Source of the DNA: a virus
Taxonomy: Duplodnaviria; Caudoviricetes
Length of the DNA: 35,171 nt
Virus record (IMG/VR): IMGVR_UViG_3300020042_008651
Location: 1-35,171 of that record
Direction: 5' to 3' (one strand)
The notes beneath the pieces were generated by a model. That model ran no database searches, was not told where the DNA came from, and saw nothing but the letters and a program-made list of their open reading frames with translations. A program made the position numbers and the translations under genes. Positions within the stretch are counted from its first letter, which is position 1. Each line of letters starts with the position of its first letter. Positions 1-8,466 of the stretch are shown here, piece after piece.

Positions 1-168
1 CCTTGCTCTTGTATTGCAATTTTAAGATATCCATTATCTATGCACTTATTTATTGACCTTGTTATGCTACTTCTATTGTCAGAATCACAAGACCTATTTG
101 CTTTATCTAAAATTTGTTTAATGTAATTTTCCATTTTATAAATGCAGTTGGTTGGATGCTGCTCCCCT
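1..168. repeat. Terminal direct repeat, left copy (circular overlap)
   Basis: Identical to 35004-35171 except C107 vs T35110. Confidence 0.95.
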
Positions 169-172
169 TTTT
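144..172 (-). ncRNA. Pseudoknot-like leader motif, copy 3 (also present at 35147-35170)
   Basis: Minus strand AAAAAGGGG-A-GCAG-CATCCAACCAA-CTGC, 9 nt before the ATG of the 147-aa ORF. Confidence 0.6.
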
Positions 173-175
173 AAT

Positions 176-385
176 TTAAGATACTGATTTTAAAAATTTA
201 GCTAATGTTGAAAATCTTACACCGTTATGATATACTGAAAATAATTCTGCATAGTTTTTACAAGGTCTTGGTAAATATTCTAACTTATAATCTTTTTCAT
301 TTACTCTTATAACTTGAATTAAAGAAGCATCTGTATAAGGTATTATTACTTCATATTGTTTTTTGCAATGTTTAATAGTTTTCAT
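176..385 (-). CDS. Hypothetical protein (early cassette)
   Basis: 69-aa ORF, ATG start with A/T-rich leader, tiles with neighbours. Confidence 0.7.
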   Translation of the reverse strand: MKTIKHCKKQYEVIIPYTDASLIQVIRVNEKDYKLEYLPRPCKNYAELFSVYHNGVRFSTLAKFLKSVS

Positions 386-390
386 AATTT

Positions 391-591
391 TTAGTTGTTT
401 GTTAATTTGTTAAAAATATTTTTTGTAATTCTTTCTCTACCTCCTTCAATATGATTAAACCAATATTGAGTATTATTCCAAAGTTCTAAAACTTCTAATT
501 TACCACCATTGATTATTGCATTTTCAAACCTTAAAATATCTGTAGATGCTTTAACGTAATCTCCTTTTAATTGTTTTCTTTTACCTTTCAT
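391..591 (-). CDS. Hypothetical protein (first gene of an early cassette)
   Basis: 66-aa ORF directly downstream of promoter 604-625. Confidence 0.75.
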   Translation of the reverse strand: MKGKRKQLKGDYVKASTDILRFENAIINGGKLEVLELWNNTQYWFNHIEGGRERITKNIFNKLTNN

Positions 592-603
592 AATTTCTTT
601 GTC

Positions 604-625
604 TCTTAACGACCTTTCAAAAGTA
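604..625 (-). promoter_or_regulatory. Early promoter, Bacteroidetes -7 box plus GGTC element
   Basis: TACTTTTG-AAA-GGTCGTTAAGA. Confidence 0.7.
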
Positions 626-701
626 AAATAATTAAATTAATAAAAAAATTATTATTGATTTATTTTTTAAAATAATTGTAACTAACTAAAAATGAACCGA
701 C

Positions 702-1526
702 TTATTTTTTATGTACCTGATCTATTATCATTGGAGTTGTATTTATCCATTTAATTGAATGATGGATTCTTTTGTTGTTGGCATTTAAAACCGATACTTT
801 AACACAAGATGGATTATACATAACCGAGAAAAATGATTTTACATAAGTTCCATTGTCTTTATATACTTCGGTTAATCCACTCTTTGTTTTTTGTGTGTCC
901 TTCTGGTCCAATTGTATAAATGGAAAGGTGCAAAATATATGACCTTTAGTTCCTAAATTGACATAAGTGGTCACATCCTCATTTAATCTTCCCATAAACT
1001 CAAACGGCCGTTCTGTTGAGCAAAAAAAACTATTCATAGCTTTCCTTCTAAACTTACTATTAAACCCTCCTATATGGTCTCCTCCTTGTGAAAATGCTAT
1101 TGTTTTAATATTAGTTGACTTGTAGAAATTAATCATTTTATCAAACACAAAGTCCAATCTTTTTTTGATAACTCTTGACCCCGTATCATATCTATAACTT
1201 AAACAATAATAGTCATCACACATCAAGCAAAAATATTTAATACCATTTTCTTTTGCAAGTTCAAAAATTGTGTTTGCACTAAACATTGTACTTCTCAAAT
1301 CTCCACTATTATCTCCACTATCATATTTTTTAGCAACCTCTTTTTTATCAAAGACTAAAAGTTCATCTCCATACTTGGATTTATAACCTTCTATTGTAGA
1401 ATCGGTGTTATCTCCTACAAGAAATATTTTGCCACTATAACCACATCTTTTAAGTGTGTCATAAGTCCAATTTTTATCTGGTCTACCATAGACCATAATA
1501 AACACTGCGAAATCTTTATTCTCCAT
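702..1526 (-). CDS. TAGT/GREB1-like glycosyltransferase (GT-A fold)
   Basis: FIMVYGRP N-terminal motif, MCDDY (DxD-like) and GRLNEDVTTY. Start moved to ATG 1526 (MENKDF, 274 aa) to avoid a 56-nt overlap. Confidence 0.7.
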   Translation of the reverse strand: MENKDFAVFIMVYGRPDKNWTYDTLKRCGYSGKIFLVGDNTDSTIEGYKSKYGDELLVFDKKEVAKKYDSGDNSGDLRSTMFSANTIFELAKENGIKYFCLMCDDYYCLSYRYDTGSRVIKKRLDFVFDKMINFYKSTNIKTIAFSQGGDHIGGFNSKFRRKAMNSFFCSTERPFEFMGRLNEDVTTYVNLGTKGHIFCTFPFIQLDQKDTQKTKSGLTEVYKDNGTYVKSFFSVMYNPSCVKVSVLNANNKRIHHSIKWINTTPMIIDQVHKK

Positions 1527-1914
1527 ACTCTTCAAGATATTGAGTTCTAATTTCTTCACACAACTTGACATAGCCTAATTGAATTGCCTTTTCAAAGTCT
1601 ATGATAACAAGAGCAGATTTCTCCATAAGATTTTGCATCTCTTGGTTTGAATTAGCATAGTAGTCGGCAATCTTTTCATAGTTAAACACATTGTGTCTCC
1701 TTGCTGCATCTATTAAAAAGTTTTTCTCTTCAAATGATACACTTGAGTTCTCAATCTCTTTGATGAGTCTATGGGTCTTCTCCTTGTTTACCAATTCCAA
1801 GATATGTGGTTTCTTGTTTTTAGGCTCATAGATTGGTGCTTCAATCTTTGATGAATACTTTAAGTTTTCATCCACTTTGTTCTCTTCCTTTGAGAATAAA
1901 TTTACTTGTTTCAT
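1516..1914 (-). CDS. Conserved partner protein of TAGT-like glycosyltransferases
   Basis: IEAPIYEP...AARRHNVFNYEKIADYY...SALVIIDF motifs recalled from such operons; overlaps the GT start. Confidence 0.6.
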   Translation of the reverse strand: MKQVNLFSKEENKVDENLKYSSKIEAPIYEPKNKKPHILELVNKEKTHRLIKEIENSSVSFEEKNFLIDAARRHNVFNYEKIADYYANSNQEMQNLMEKSALVIIDFEKAIQLGYVKLCEEIRTQYLEEYGE

Positions 1915-1918
1915 AGTT

Positions 1919-2140
1919 TTAGTTATCTATTATGTCTTCTTGATATACGTTGAATAAATTAATCAATCTTGCTTGTGTTGGTTCGTGCAATTGACCTCCT
2001 ACTCCTTGAATTGTTTTGCCTTCAATTAATCTTAACCAATAAGTAGTTTTATACCCATTTGAATCCAAGTCATTCTCAACCCATATCTCATCAACTAATG
2101 GATGGGTTTCTAATCCTTTAAATGTTTTTACTGTTTTCAT
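1919..2140 (-). CDS. Hypothetical protein
   Basis: 73-aa ORF in cassette. Confidence 0.7.
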   Translation of the reverse strand: MKTVKTFKGLETHPLVDEIWVENDLDSNGYKTTYWLRLIEGKTIQGVGGQLHEPTQARLINLFNVYQEDIIDN

Positions 2141-2158
2141 AATATTTATTTGTTATAA

Positions 2159-2377
2159 TTATTTTACTTTAATTGCCAAAACTATTTGTTGTGGCTCAAT
2201 CATATCATATTGAGAACCGCTTCCTGTTGGATTTACATTGTATCCAAGTAATAAACCAGTATGATGTATTACCACATCTTGAACTTTTCTTGTAACCATT
2301 TTTGAGATTGGAGGAGTCGGTCTATAATCGGTTACTATAAATGATATCTTGTCTCCTCTTTTGATTTCTGTTTTCAT
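2159..2377 (-). CDS. Hypothetical protein
   Basis: 72-aa ORF in cassette. Confidence 0.7.
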   Translation of the reverse strand: MKTEIKRGDKISFIVTDYRPTPPISKMVTRKVQDVVIHHTGLLLGYNVNPTGSGSQYDMIEPQQIVLAIKVK

Positions 2378-2389
2378 AATTTTTATTTA

Positions 2390-2575
2390 CTATTGATTGT
2401 TAAAATTAAATTCTACTATCTCTGATAAATGAAAATCCACATTTATCATTCTACCTTCTATCTCACATAAGCAAGTAATTCTTTTACCCACCATTTGAAC
2501 TACTTGATAAAAATTTCCATTTAAATTTTGATAGTTACTTTTTGTTTTGATTTTTGCACTTACTAAATTCTTCAT
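2390..2575 (-). CDS. Hypothetical protein (first gene of an early cassette)
   Basis: 61-aa ORF after promoter 2591-2612. Confidence 0.7.
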   Translation of the reverse strand: MKNLVSAKIKTKSNYQNLNGNFYQVVQMVGKRITCLCEIEGRMINVDFHLSEIVEFNFNNQ

Positions 2576-2590
2576 AATATTTATTTGATG

Positions 2591-2612
2591 TCTTAATGAC
2601 CCAACAAATCTA
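2591..2612 (-). promoter_or_regulatory. Early promoter, -7 box plus GGTC element
   Basis: TAGATTTG-TTG-GGTCATTAAGA. Confidence 0.7.
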
Positions 2613-2688
2613 AAATAACTTTTTGAATAAAAAAATTAATAATGATTTATTTTTACAATTATTTTTTAACTAACACATATTGAGCAAA

Positions 2689-3057
2689 TTAAAATTCATT
2701 TATTTTTTTTAGTGTATTATTTTCTTTTACAAGTTTAGTAACTACTGCTTGTAGTTCTATCAATTCTTGTTGTACTTTAAATAACTTTCTTGCGTTTATT
2801 TTTTCGTGGTAGTAAAATATGCCAAAGTGATTGTAAATATTCATTAAACGTGAAATAAAACCTTCTAATCTTAATATTTCTTTATTATCTTCTTTTGCTA
2901 TTTTCATTTTTATAAGTTTCTCTTCGTATTTTCCTATTAATGCAAAAAAATCAAATATGATATCAAACTTCTCATCTTCTCTTTTATATGATAATATTTC
3001 TAAATTAAGTAAATAATATTGGTCTAATGTTTCTTTGTATGATTTTTGGTAATCCAT
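2689..3057 (-). CDS. Hypothetical helical protein
   Basis: 122-aa ORF 3 nt downstream of the helicase. Confidence 0.7.
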   Translation of the reverse strand: MDYQKSYKETLDQYYLLNLEILSYKREDEKFDIIFDFFALIGKYEEKLIKMKIAKEDNKEILRLEGFISRLMNIYNHFGIFYYHEKINARKLFKVQQELIELQAVVTKLVKENNTLKKINEF

Positions 3058-3060
3058 AAT

Positions 3061-4032
3061 TTAGAATGGTATGTTAGGTTGGTAAAATGAATCTACTTTC
3101 GCTTTGTTGTTATCTATATTATTGAATGGAGTTGGTATATATCTTTGGTAACCATCAAACTCTTCATAGTAGGCATTTTTTATAAGGTCAAAACCAAGTG
3201 AGAATCTACCTTTGACACCTACTATTTTTGGTTTTGCTTTTCGTATATCCACATCCACAATATTTGATTGGATAAAGTTTCCGTTGTGTTCTATGTAATT
3301 CCTATGGATGCAAATTAGTGATTGAGCCTTAGCATACCACACCGATCCTCCTTCTATCTCATCGGGTCTTGGTGAACGTGGGAATTGTTCACCTTTTTCA
3401 ATGGTCGGATTCCGTGCGTGGCAAACCATAATATTATGGATATTGTGATATTTTGCAAACCTGTTCCACTTAGGTAAAGCATACTTTAAATATTCACTTA
3501 TTAATCCATTACCTTTACCTTTTAAATCGTGGTCCAGGTCATTCCAATTGTCAATTACGGCAAGGTTACAACCATATAATTTCTTTGCCTCTTTTACTAT
3601 CTCAAACCAATTTTCAAATGATATACCTTGCTCATCATTACCTTCAATTACGGTGAAGTATTCTTGAACGAATGCCTTCGCATTATAAAGTTCTTTTTCA
3701 CTTATGTAATTCTTATGTGCTTTGTTCATACTCTTACCCGTAAGGCAATGTATAAGTTCACAATAAATCTCGGCAGCTGTGCCTGTTTCTGGCGAGTATA
3801 CAATAGGTCTCATTTGGTAATTAACAACCATTGAAATTAATAATTGATACATAAATTGTGACTTACCACTTGTCGGATGACCATAGATAATAGTTGTATT
3901 ACCAAGTCTTAAATTATAATGATTCCTTGCACCTTCAAACCCTATAAAATATCCTGCTTTCATACCGTTTTCATACAAGTTCATAAACTCATTGTCTACT
4001 TTATTATCATTTATTTTAAGAATATTTACCAT
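3061..4032 (-). CDS. DnaB-like (SF4/RecA-fold) replicative helicase
   Basis: Walker A GHPTSGKS, YSPE, Walker B VIDNW, HAR and KAK motifs; follows the initiator gene. Confidence 0.8.
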   Translation of the reverse strand: MVNILKINDNKVDNEFMNLYENGMKAGYFIGFEGARNHYNLRLGNTTIIYGHPTSGKSQFMYQLLISMVVNYQMRPIVYSPETGTAAEIYCELIHCLTGKSMNKAHKNYISEKELYNAKAFVQEYFTVIEGNDEQGISFENWFEIVKEAKKLYGCNLAVIDNWNDLDHDLKGKGNGLISEYLKYALPKWNRFAKYHNIHNIMVCHARNPTIEKGEQFPRSPRPDEIEGGSVWYAKAQSLICIHRNYIEHNGNFIQSNIVDVDIRKAKPKIVGVKGRFSLGFDLIKNAYYEEFDGYQRYIPTPFNNIDNNKAKVDSFYQPNIPF

Positions 4033-4607
4033 ATGATTTTGCTCTCCTCTATTTTATTTTCTACCTTATTAAATTTTTTATTATTATTCTCCCAAGTAAT
4101 AAGTCTTTTGTCTACTTCAAAAGTTTTCTCTAAACTCATTTTAGTTTTACCATTAACATCTTTTTCTGACCAATATCTATAAAAAGAATTTAGGATATCT
4201 TTTGAATATTTTTCTTTGTGTTTTGATAACTCTTCTATAAAATCTTTATCTGAACATTTTTTATAATTAAATAAAATATCTTTATCTTTATCTTTTACTT
4301 TATCTGCATTTTTCGTATCGGATTTTATGCGATTGGATACGTTCGCATTCTTTCGCTTCTCCCAAGATGCCAATGCAATCTCCTTATTTTTTAAACTCTT
4401 CTCATTCCATTTTTCCAAATCACGTTTTAGATTTTGTTTAATCGGCTCAAAAACAATTTGAGTAAGTTTATCTATTGGAGTTGGATTAAGGTCATTGATG
4501 TAAGCTAAATAGTGTTTAAATAGCTTTCCTGCTTCTTCATCTGAAAGTTCTTTAACCGTGTGTATAATGTCACAATATAATAGAACTGATTTTTTATTTT
4601 CTGCCAT
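4026..4607 (-). CDS. Putative replication initiator (DUF6291-like N-terminus)
   Basis: SVLLYCD..LSDEEAGKLFK N-terminus, DKDKD linker, FYRYWSE..RLITW C-terminus; lies before the helicase. Confidence 0.65.
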   Translation of the reverse strand: MAENKKSVLLYCDIIHTVKELSDEEAGKLFKHYLAYINDLNPTPIDKLTQIVFEPIKQNLKRDLEKWNEKSLKNKEIALASWEKRKNANVSNRIKSDTKNADKVKDKDKDILFNYKKCSDKDFIEELSKHKEKYSKDILNSFYRYWSEKDVNGKTKMSLEKTFEVDKRLITWENNNKKFNKVENKIEESKIIW

Positions 4608-4623
4608 AGGTACTAAAACGGAA

Positions 4624-4722
4624 AATCCCCAAATCTGGTCGTATCAGAGATGGGGATTGCTTCCTATAATCAATTTAGAAAATTTGAAATAGTATGGTTA
4701 TTGAGATACGACCTTCAATAAC
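4624..4722 (-). ncRNA. Two-hairpin kissing-loop leader upstream of the initiator
   Basis: Stems 4624-4631/4651-4658 and 4697-4704/4715-4722. Loop segments 4637-4645 (ggtcgtatc) and 4705-4713 (gatacgacc) are exact reverse complements. Confidence 0.7.
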
Positions 4723-4742
4723 ACTTGCAATATTAAGTTTGA

Positions 4743-4922
4743 TTATTTAACGACTATTAACTTTTTGTCCACAATCAACTTGTTGAAGAAATCTTTTGTG
4801 TAAGACATACTTTGTAAATAATAATTCTCATCCTCACAAATTAATGTGACCGTATCATATAATGTAAATTTACATTTAAATACCTTTTTGTGTTTTGTGT
4901 CTTTTACTAATTGTATTTTCAT
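4743..4922 (-). CDS. Hypothetical 59-aa protein (below ORF-track cutoff)
   Basis: ATG 4922 lies 1 nt after the upstream stop; MKIQLVKDTKHKKVF...IVVK, TAA at 4743. Confidence 0.6.
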   Translation of the reverse strand: MKIQLVKDTKHKKVFKCKFTLYDTVTLICEDENYYLQSMSYTKDFFNKLIVDKKLIVVK

Positions 4923-4923
4923 T

Positions 4924-5367
4924 TTAGTATAGTATTAAGTTTATTGTGTCTGTAATTCTTTTAAATTTATCGGAGAATCTTTTGTCATATTCTAACAAGT
5001 TTTCTACCGATCTAATTGAGTGAATAATTGTTGTATGGTCTTTACCATATCTATGCCTTTCATTAGGTCTTGAGGTCATATAAAGTAGTCCTATTTCTTG
5101 TAATGAAAGTAATGTGTGCTTTCGTATCAAATACATTGATATTTGTCTTGGTTCTACAAGACTTCTTTTTCTTGTTGGAAGAATTAATTGACTTGGTTCT
5201 ATACCCCATTCAACTGCACAAATTTGGATTATCTTTTGCCCTATTTCATTGTAGCTTAATAAGTCAATATTTGTTTTCATAAAAAGTTTACAAGGAGTGC
5301 CTGTTGACTCTTTTATTTTCTTTTCTGCCTCTTCTATTATTTTACTTATAATTTCTTTACTTTCCAC
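4924..5367 (-). CDS. DnaA domain IV (C-terminal HTH) protein
   Basis: PRQISMYL...SLQEIG...KDHTTIIHSI signature of the DnaA DNA-binding domain; no AAA+ domain. Confidence 0.8.
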   Translation of the reverse strand: MESKEIISKIIEEAEKKIKESTGTPCKLFMKTNIDLLSYNEIGQKIIQICAVEWGIEPSQLILPTRKRSLVEPRQISMYLIRKHTLLSLQEIGLLYMTSRPNERHRYGKDHTTIIHSIRSVENLLEYDKRFSDKFKRITDTINLILY

Positions 5368-5884
5368 TTGTTTTATATTTATTTTTTAAAAATTCTAACT
5401 CCATTTCATTGTACTTATAGACCCTTGTTTCTTCGGCTAATAATTCCAAATCTTTTACTTTTTGTTCTCCAATCCTTATGACCAAACCTGCTCTATAATT
5501 GCTTTCATTACCATTTAAATATGTATTGCATTTTCTACATTGCTTGTGAACATTTAACTCATTAAAAATTACTCCACGATATATTTCGGCTTTTTTATAG
5601 TGTCCCCCATCCCATAACTTTGTTTCTTTTATTCCACAACTAATACAAGGTGAATCTTTGTCTCGCATACGAATCCATCTTTGAAATATGACCTTGACCT
5701 CATTTACTCTTTGAGTATATGTCTTCAATTTTTGTAGTTTTACTTTTTTCTCAAGTTTTAAAATATTGCTCTTTACTGGTTTGCTAAAAGCAAGTTCAAT
5801 TGCACACTTTGGAGAACATACTATTTGAGTGCTTTTATAAGGTGTAAATTTAGTCAAACATACTTTGCATTTCTTTTCTTTCAT
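5357..5884 (-). CDS. NinG/Rap-family recombination endonuclease
   Basis: CKVC..CSPKC, IRMRD..CISCG..WDGGHY..NVHKQCRKCN. Confidence 0.85.
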   Translation of the reverse strand: MKEKKCKVCLTKFTPYKSTQIVCSPKCAIELAFSKPVKSNILKLEKKVKLQKLKTYTQRVNEVKVIFQRWIRMRDKDSPCISCGIKETKLWDGGHYKKAEIYRGVIFNELNVHKQCRKCNTYLNGNESNYRAGLVIRIGEQKVKDLELLAEETRVYKYNEMELEFLKNKYKTSGK

Positions 5885-5885
5885 T

Positions 5886-6080
5886 TTAGTTTAAATTACT
5901 TTGCTTAAACCTTGTTTCAAGTAGAACAAAACTTTCGTTATTTTCGTGAGTTGTTATTTCGCTTACATCTTCAATAGATGCAAATGTAATCAGTCCATCT
6001 GAGTTAGATGTTACTTTATACATAACCTCTAAATTTGCATCCATCTCTTCTAAAATTTCAATTAAATCTAATACAGTCAT
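5886..6080 (-). CDS. Hypothetical acidic protein
   Basis: 64-aa ORF, MTVLDLIEILEEMD phage-type start. Confidence 0.7.
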   Translation of the reverse strand: MTVLDLIEILEEMDANLEVMYKVTSNSDGLITFASIEDVSEITTHENNESFVLLETRFKQSNLN

Positions 6081-6092
6081 AGTTGTTTGTTT

Positions 6093-6121
6093 AAAGCAAG
6101 GCAGCTATTAACTGCCCTGCT
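6093..6121 (-). terminator. GC-rich hairpin, weak terminator or attenuator
   Basis: GCAGGGCAG-TTAATAG-CTGCCTTGC followed by only TTT. Confidence 0.5.
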
Positions 6122-6129
6122 GTTTAAAT

Positions 6130-6417
6130 TTAGAATGGCAAATCTGTAGATGGTCTACTTAAATTAATTGCGTTGACATTATGAAAATATTTTCCATTAT
6201 ATTCTCTGCTATCTACTGAAAATGTTACTTCAACATCTCCACCGATTTGGTGACCATCTAATTGGTCTTGTTTTGTTAAACTAAAAGCAATTGTCTTTGG
6301 ATATTTTTCATCCAATGTTTGAATAGCAAATTCTATTTTGCTCCACTCTTTACCTGCTTTTGTTACTCCAGTAACTACTTCACCTATTGAGGTGATTTTT
6401 CCTTTGATTTTATGCAT
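6130..6417 (-). CDS. DUF3127-like ssDNA-binding protein
   Basis: OB-fold-like sequence (GKEWSK, YPKTIAF, SREYNGKYF) ending in DLPF. Confidence 0.8.
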   Translation of the reverse strand: MHKIKGKITSIGEVVTGVTKAGKEWSKIEFAIQTLDEKYPKTIAFSLTKQDQLDGHQIGGDVEVTFSVDSREYNGKYFHNVNAINLSRPSTDLPF

Positions 6418-7106
6418 TATATTATTGGTTTGGTTAATATTTCAATTAATTTATCTCTCTCTTGTGATGCTATTTCTACGGCATCAAGTATCTTTTGTTG
6501 TACCTCGTAGTCGGCTTTTATTATCTTATAAAATATTCTTGATTCCAACGGTAAATCTATCTCTATTTTATTCCCATCAAAGTCATAATTTGTAGAGGTA
6601 AGATATCTTACTAAGTAATGTGATTCTACTTTTGGAAAACCAAATTTTTCATTATGTATTGATAAACTCATCATTTGCATCTGAGCCTGATAAAAGTATG
6701 CTTTAGGCACATTTTGGAATTCTGGTTTTGAATCATTTATCATTAACATTTTTTGCTCAAAGAATTTCTCGGTTGGACACTTTAAATCCACACTTGCCGA
6801 AATTATATTGTCAAAATCATAAATAGCTGCATCAGGAGTTGAGCCACAATTCTCATTAATTGGATAATATTCTGAATCTAAATACAAAGCATTTAATCCT
6901 GTTACTTGTACAAATGATTCTAATGCCTCTAATTCGTTTATATTTCCGTGATCGGTATGTTTGTTTGAAAAAGATTTTGCATAGCCTCTAATCTTCTCTA
7001 CGGCTTTTTCCATTATATATGAATCTCTTGTCGCACCCTTTCCACCCACAAATAAATTGTGTGTAGTTGAGCCAGTGAATTTACCTAATCTTTCTTTACT
7101 TAGCAT
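6417..7106 (-). CDS. YqaJ/lambda-exonuclease family nuclease
   Basis: RLGKFTGS, HGNINE, STPD, DLKCP and YQAQMQM motifs. Confidence 0.8.
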   Translation of the reverse strand: MLSKERLGKFTGSTTHNLFVGGKGATRDSYIMEKAVEKIRGYAKSFSNKHTDHGNINELEALESFVQVTGLNALYLDSEYYPINENCGSTPDAAIYDFDNIISASVDLKCPTEKFFEQKMLMINDSKPEFQNVPKAYFYQAQMQMMSLSIHNEKFGFPKVESHYLVRYLTSTNYDFDGNKIEIDLPLESRIFYKIIKADYEVQQKILDAVEIASQERDKLIEILTKPII

Positions 7107-7614
7107 TGATTAAGTCCTCCACTTCTTTCGTTAAATGATACTTTGCTTTTACCTTATTTATATCTCCTCCTTTTTGTATATAGTCTTTTGCATCTAAAAA
7201 TGCTTGGCTATTCTTTGCAAGTGTAGGTCTTGAGTTGGTAACATTTTCATTGTCGGCATCAGCTTCTCTCTCATCTATTAAAAACAATCCGTTGAGTGCA
7301 TACTTCCGTGCATAGCTACTTGCCGTTCCTGTGGTCTGTTCGCTACTCATTCCTTTATGTTCACTTGTCTCGGCATAACCACTACAAAATATTTGGTCAC
7401 CTCCAACCGATATACAAGCATTAGCCTTAATGAATACTTTTGTCCCAAGTAAGACAATATCATCGGTGAGAGTTAATCTTGCACCATACTTATTTAAAAG
7501 TGGTTTTACCGCTTCTAAAATGTCCTCTGCACTTCTGTATTTGTACTTACCAAAAGTGTTGTAGTTTCCTTTTGGAACTCGTAGTTCCGATTGAATCTTA
7601 ATTAAATTTTCCAT
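7096..7614 (-). CDS. ERF-family ssDNA annealing protein
   Basis: YKYRSAEDILEAVKP; GTASSYARKYALNGLF..D..D. Confidence 0.9.
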   Translation of the reverse strand: MENLIKIQSELRVPKGNYNTFGKYKYRSAEDILEAVKPLLNKYGARLTLTDDIVLLGTKVFIKANACISVGGDQIFCSGYAETSEHKGMSSEQTTGTASSYARKYALNGLFLIDEREADADNENVTNSRPTLAKNSQAFLDAKDYIQKGGDINKVKAKYHLTKEVEDLINAK

Positions 7615-7849
7615 TGATTTCTTTGATTTGATTTTTTGTATTGATTAATTGATTGTAAAAAATATCTATTTGTTTTTGATATTTTTGGATTTGCAATATT
7701 ACCTTATTTGTTTGAACTTCGTTCATAAGTATCAAGATTTCTTCTTCAAGGTCTTGAATTTGAGAGATTAAAAATTTTTCATTAGTATACAAATCAGTTC
7801 TTTTAGATATGTCTCTAAATTTTTCTTGTAGTTCACTTATATTTTTCAT
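7598..7849 (-). CDS. Hypothetical coiled-coil protein
   Basis: 83-aa ORF overlapping neighbours. Confidence 0.6.
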   Translation of the reverse strand: MKNISELQEKFRDISKRTDLYTNEKFLISQIQDLEEEILILMNEVQTNKVILQIQKYQKQIDIFYNQLINTKNQIKEINGKFN

Positions 7850-8030
7850 TGTTTTCTTTTTTTAACTTGTCTACTAATTCTGTTTGAAGTCTCCATTGGT
7901 TTGCCGCTTTTCCAAGTTCAATATATTCTTGCTCATCGGCATCACTATTGTGAGTTAATTCTAAACATTGGTTGTAATACTTCCAATATAGAATCAATAT
8001 TTCTTCTTGCATTTTCAAATCTAAACTCAT
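7833..8030 (-). CDS. Hypothetical protein
   Basis: 65-aa ORF, ATGA overlap with the upstream gene. Confidence 0.6.
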   Translation of the reverse strand: MSLDLKMQEEILILYWKYYNQCLELTHNSDADEQEYIELGKAANQWRLQTELVDKLKKENNEKYK

Positions 8031-8260
8031 TCCTTATAACCTCCATCATTGTTGTAAAATTCCACGATTTCTTCCTCTATTCCTAAAATTTCTTTGATTA
8101 CAATAGTATAAGGGAATGAGCATAATTTTGGAGATTCTCCAAGTAACTGCTTAATAATAGTTTGAGATTGAACTTGGAATGTATCAGCTAACTTTCCAAT
8201 ATACTCCTGTCTTTTTAATAGTTCTAATACTATTTCTTTTTTTAATCTGACTTTTTGCAT
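8027..8260 (-). CDS. Putative Cro-like HTH protein
   Basis: KLADTFQVQSQTIIKQL resembles a helix-turn-helix. Confidence 0.5.
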   Translation of the reverse strand: MQKVRLKKEIVLELLKRQEYIGKLADTFQVQSQTIIKQLLGESPKLCSFPYTIVIKEILGIEEEIVEFYNNDGGYKE

Positions 8261-8466
8261 AACTTTAAAATATATGTTTGTTTTGTTTTTCTGTTGGTAT
8301 AGACTCCACTTCTTTTCATTGCACCACTAATAGAGCCCGTTGTAGTGGTTAATAATCTTGCTGCTTTACCTATGCTTACTTTACTTGCAATTGGTTCTTT
8401 GGTCGCACTAAAAATGTCAATTAATGTAGGTGCGAAATTCATCTCGTATCTTTCAAGTGGTGTCAT
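8242..8466 (-). CDS. Small HTH / NUMOD1-like DNA-binding protein
   Basis: SIGKAARLLTTTTGSISGAMKR. Confidence 0.45.
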   Translation of the reverse strand: MTPLERYEMNFAPTLIDIFSATKEPIASKVSIGKAARLLTTTTGSISGAMKRSGVYTNRKTKQTYILKLCKKSD

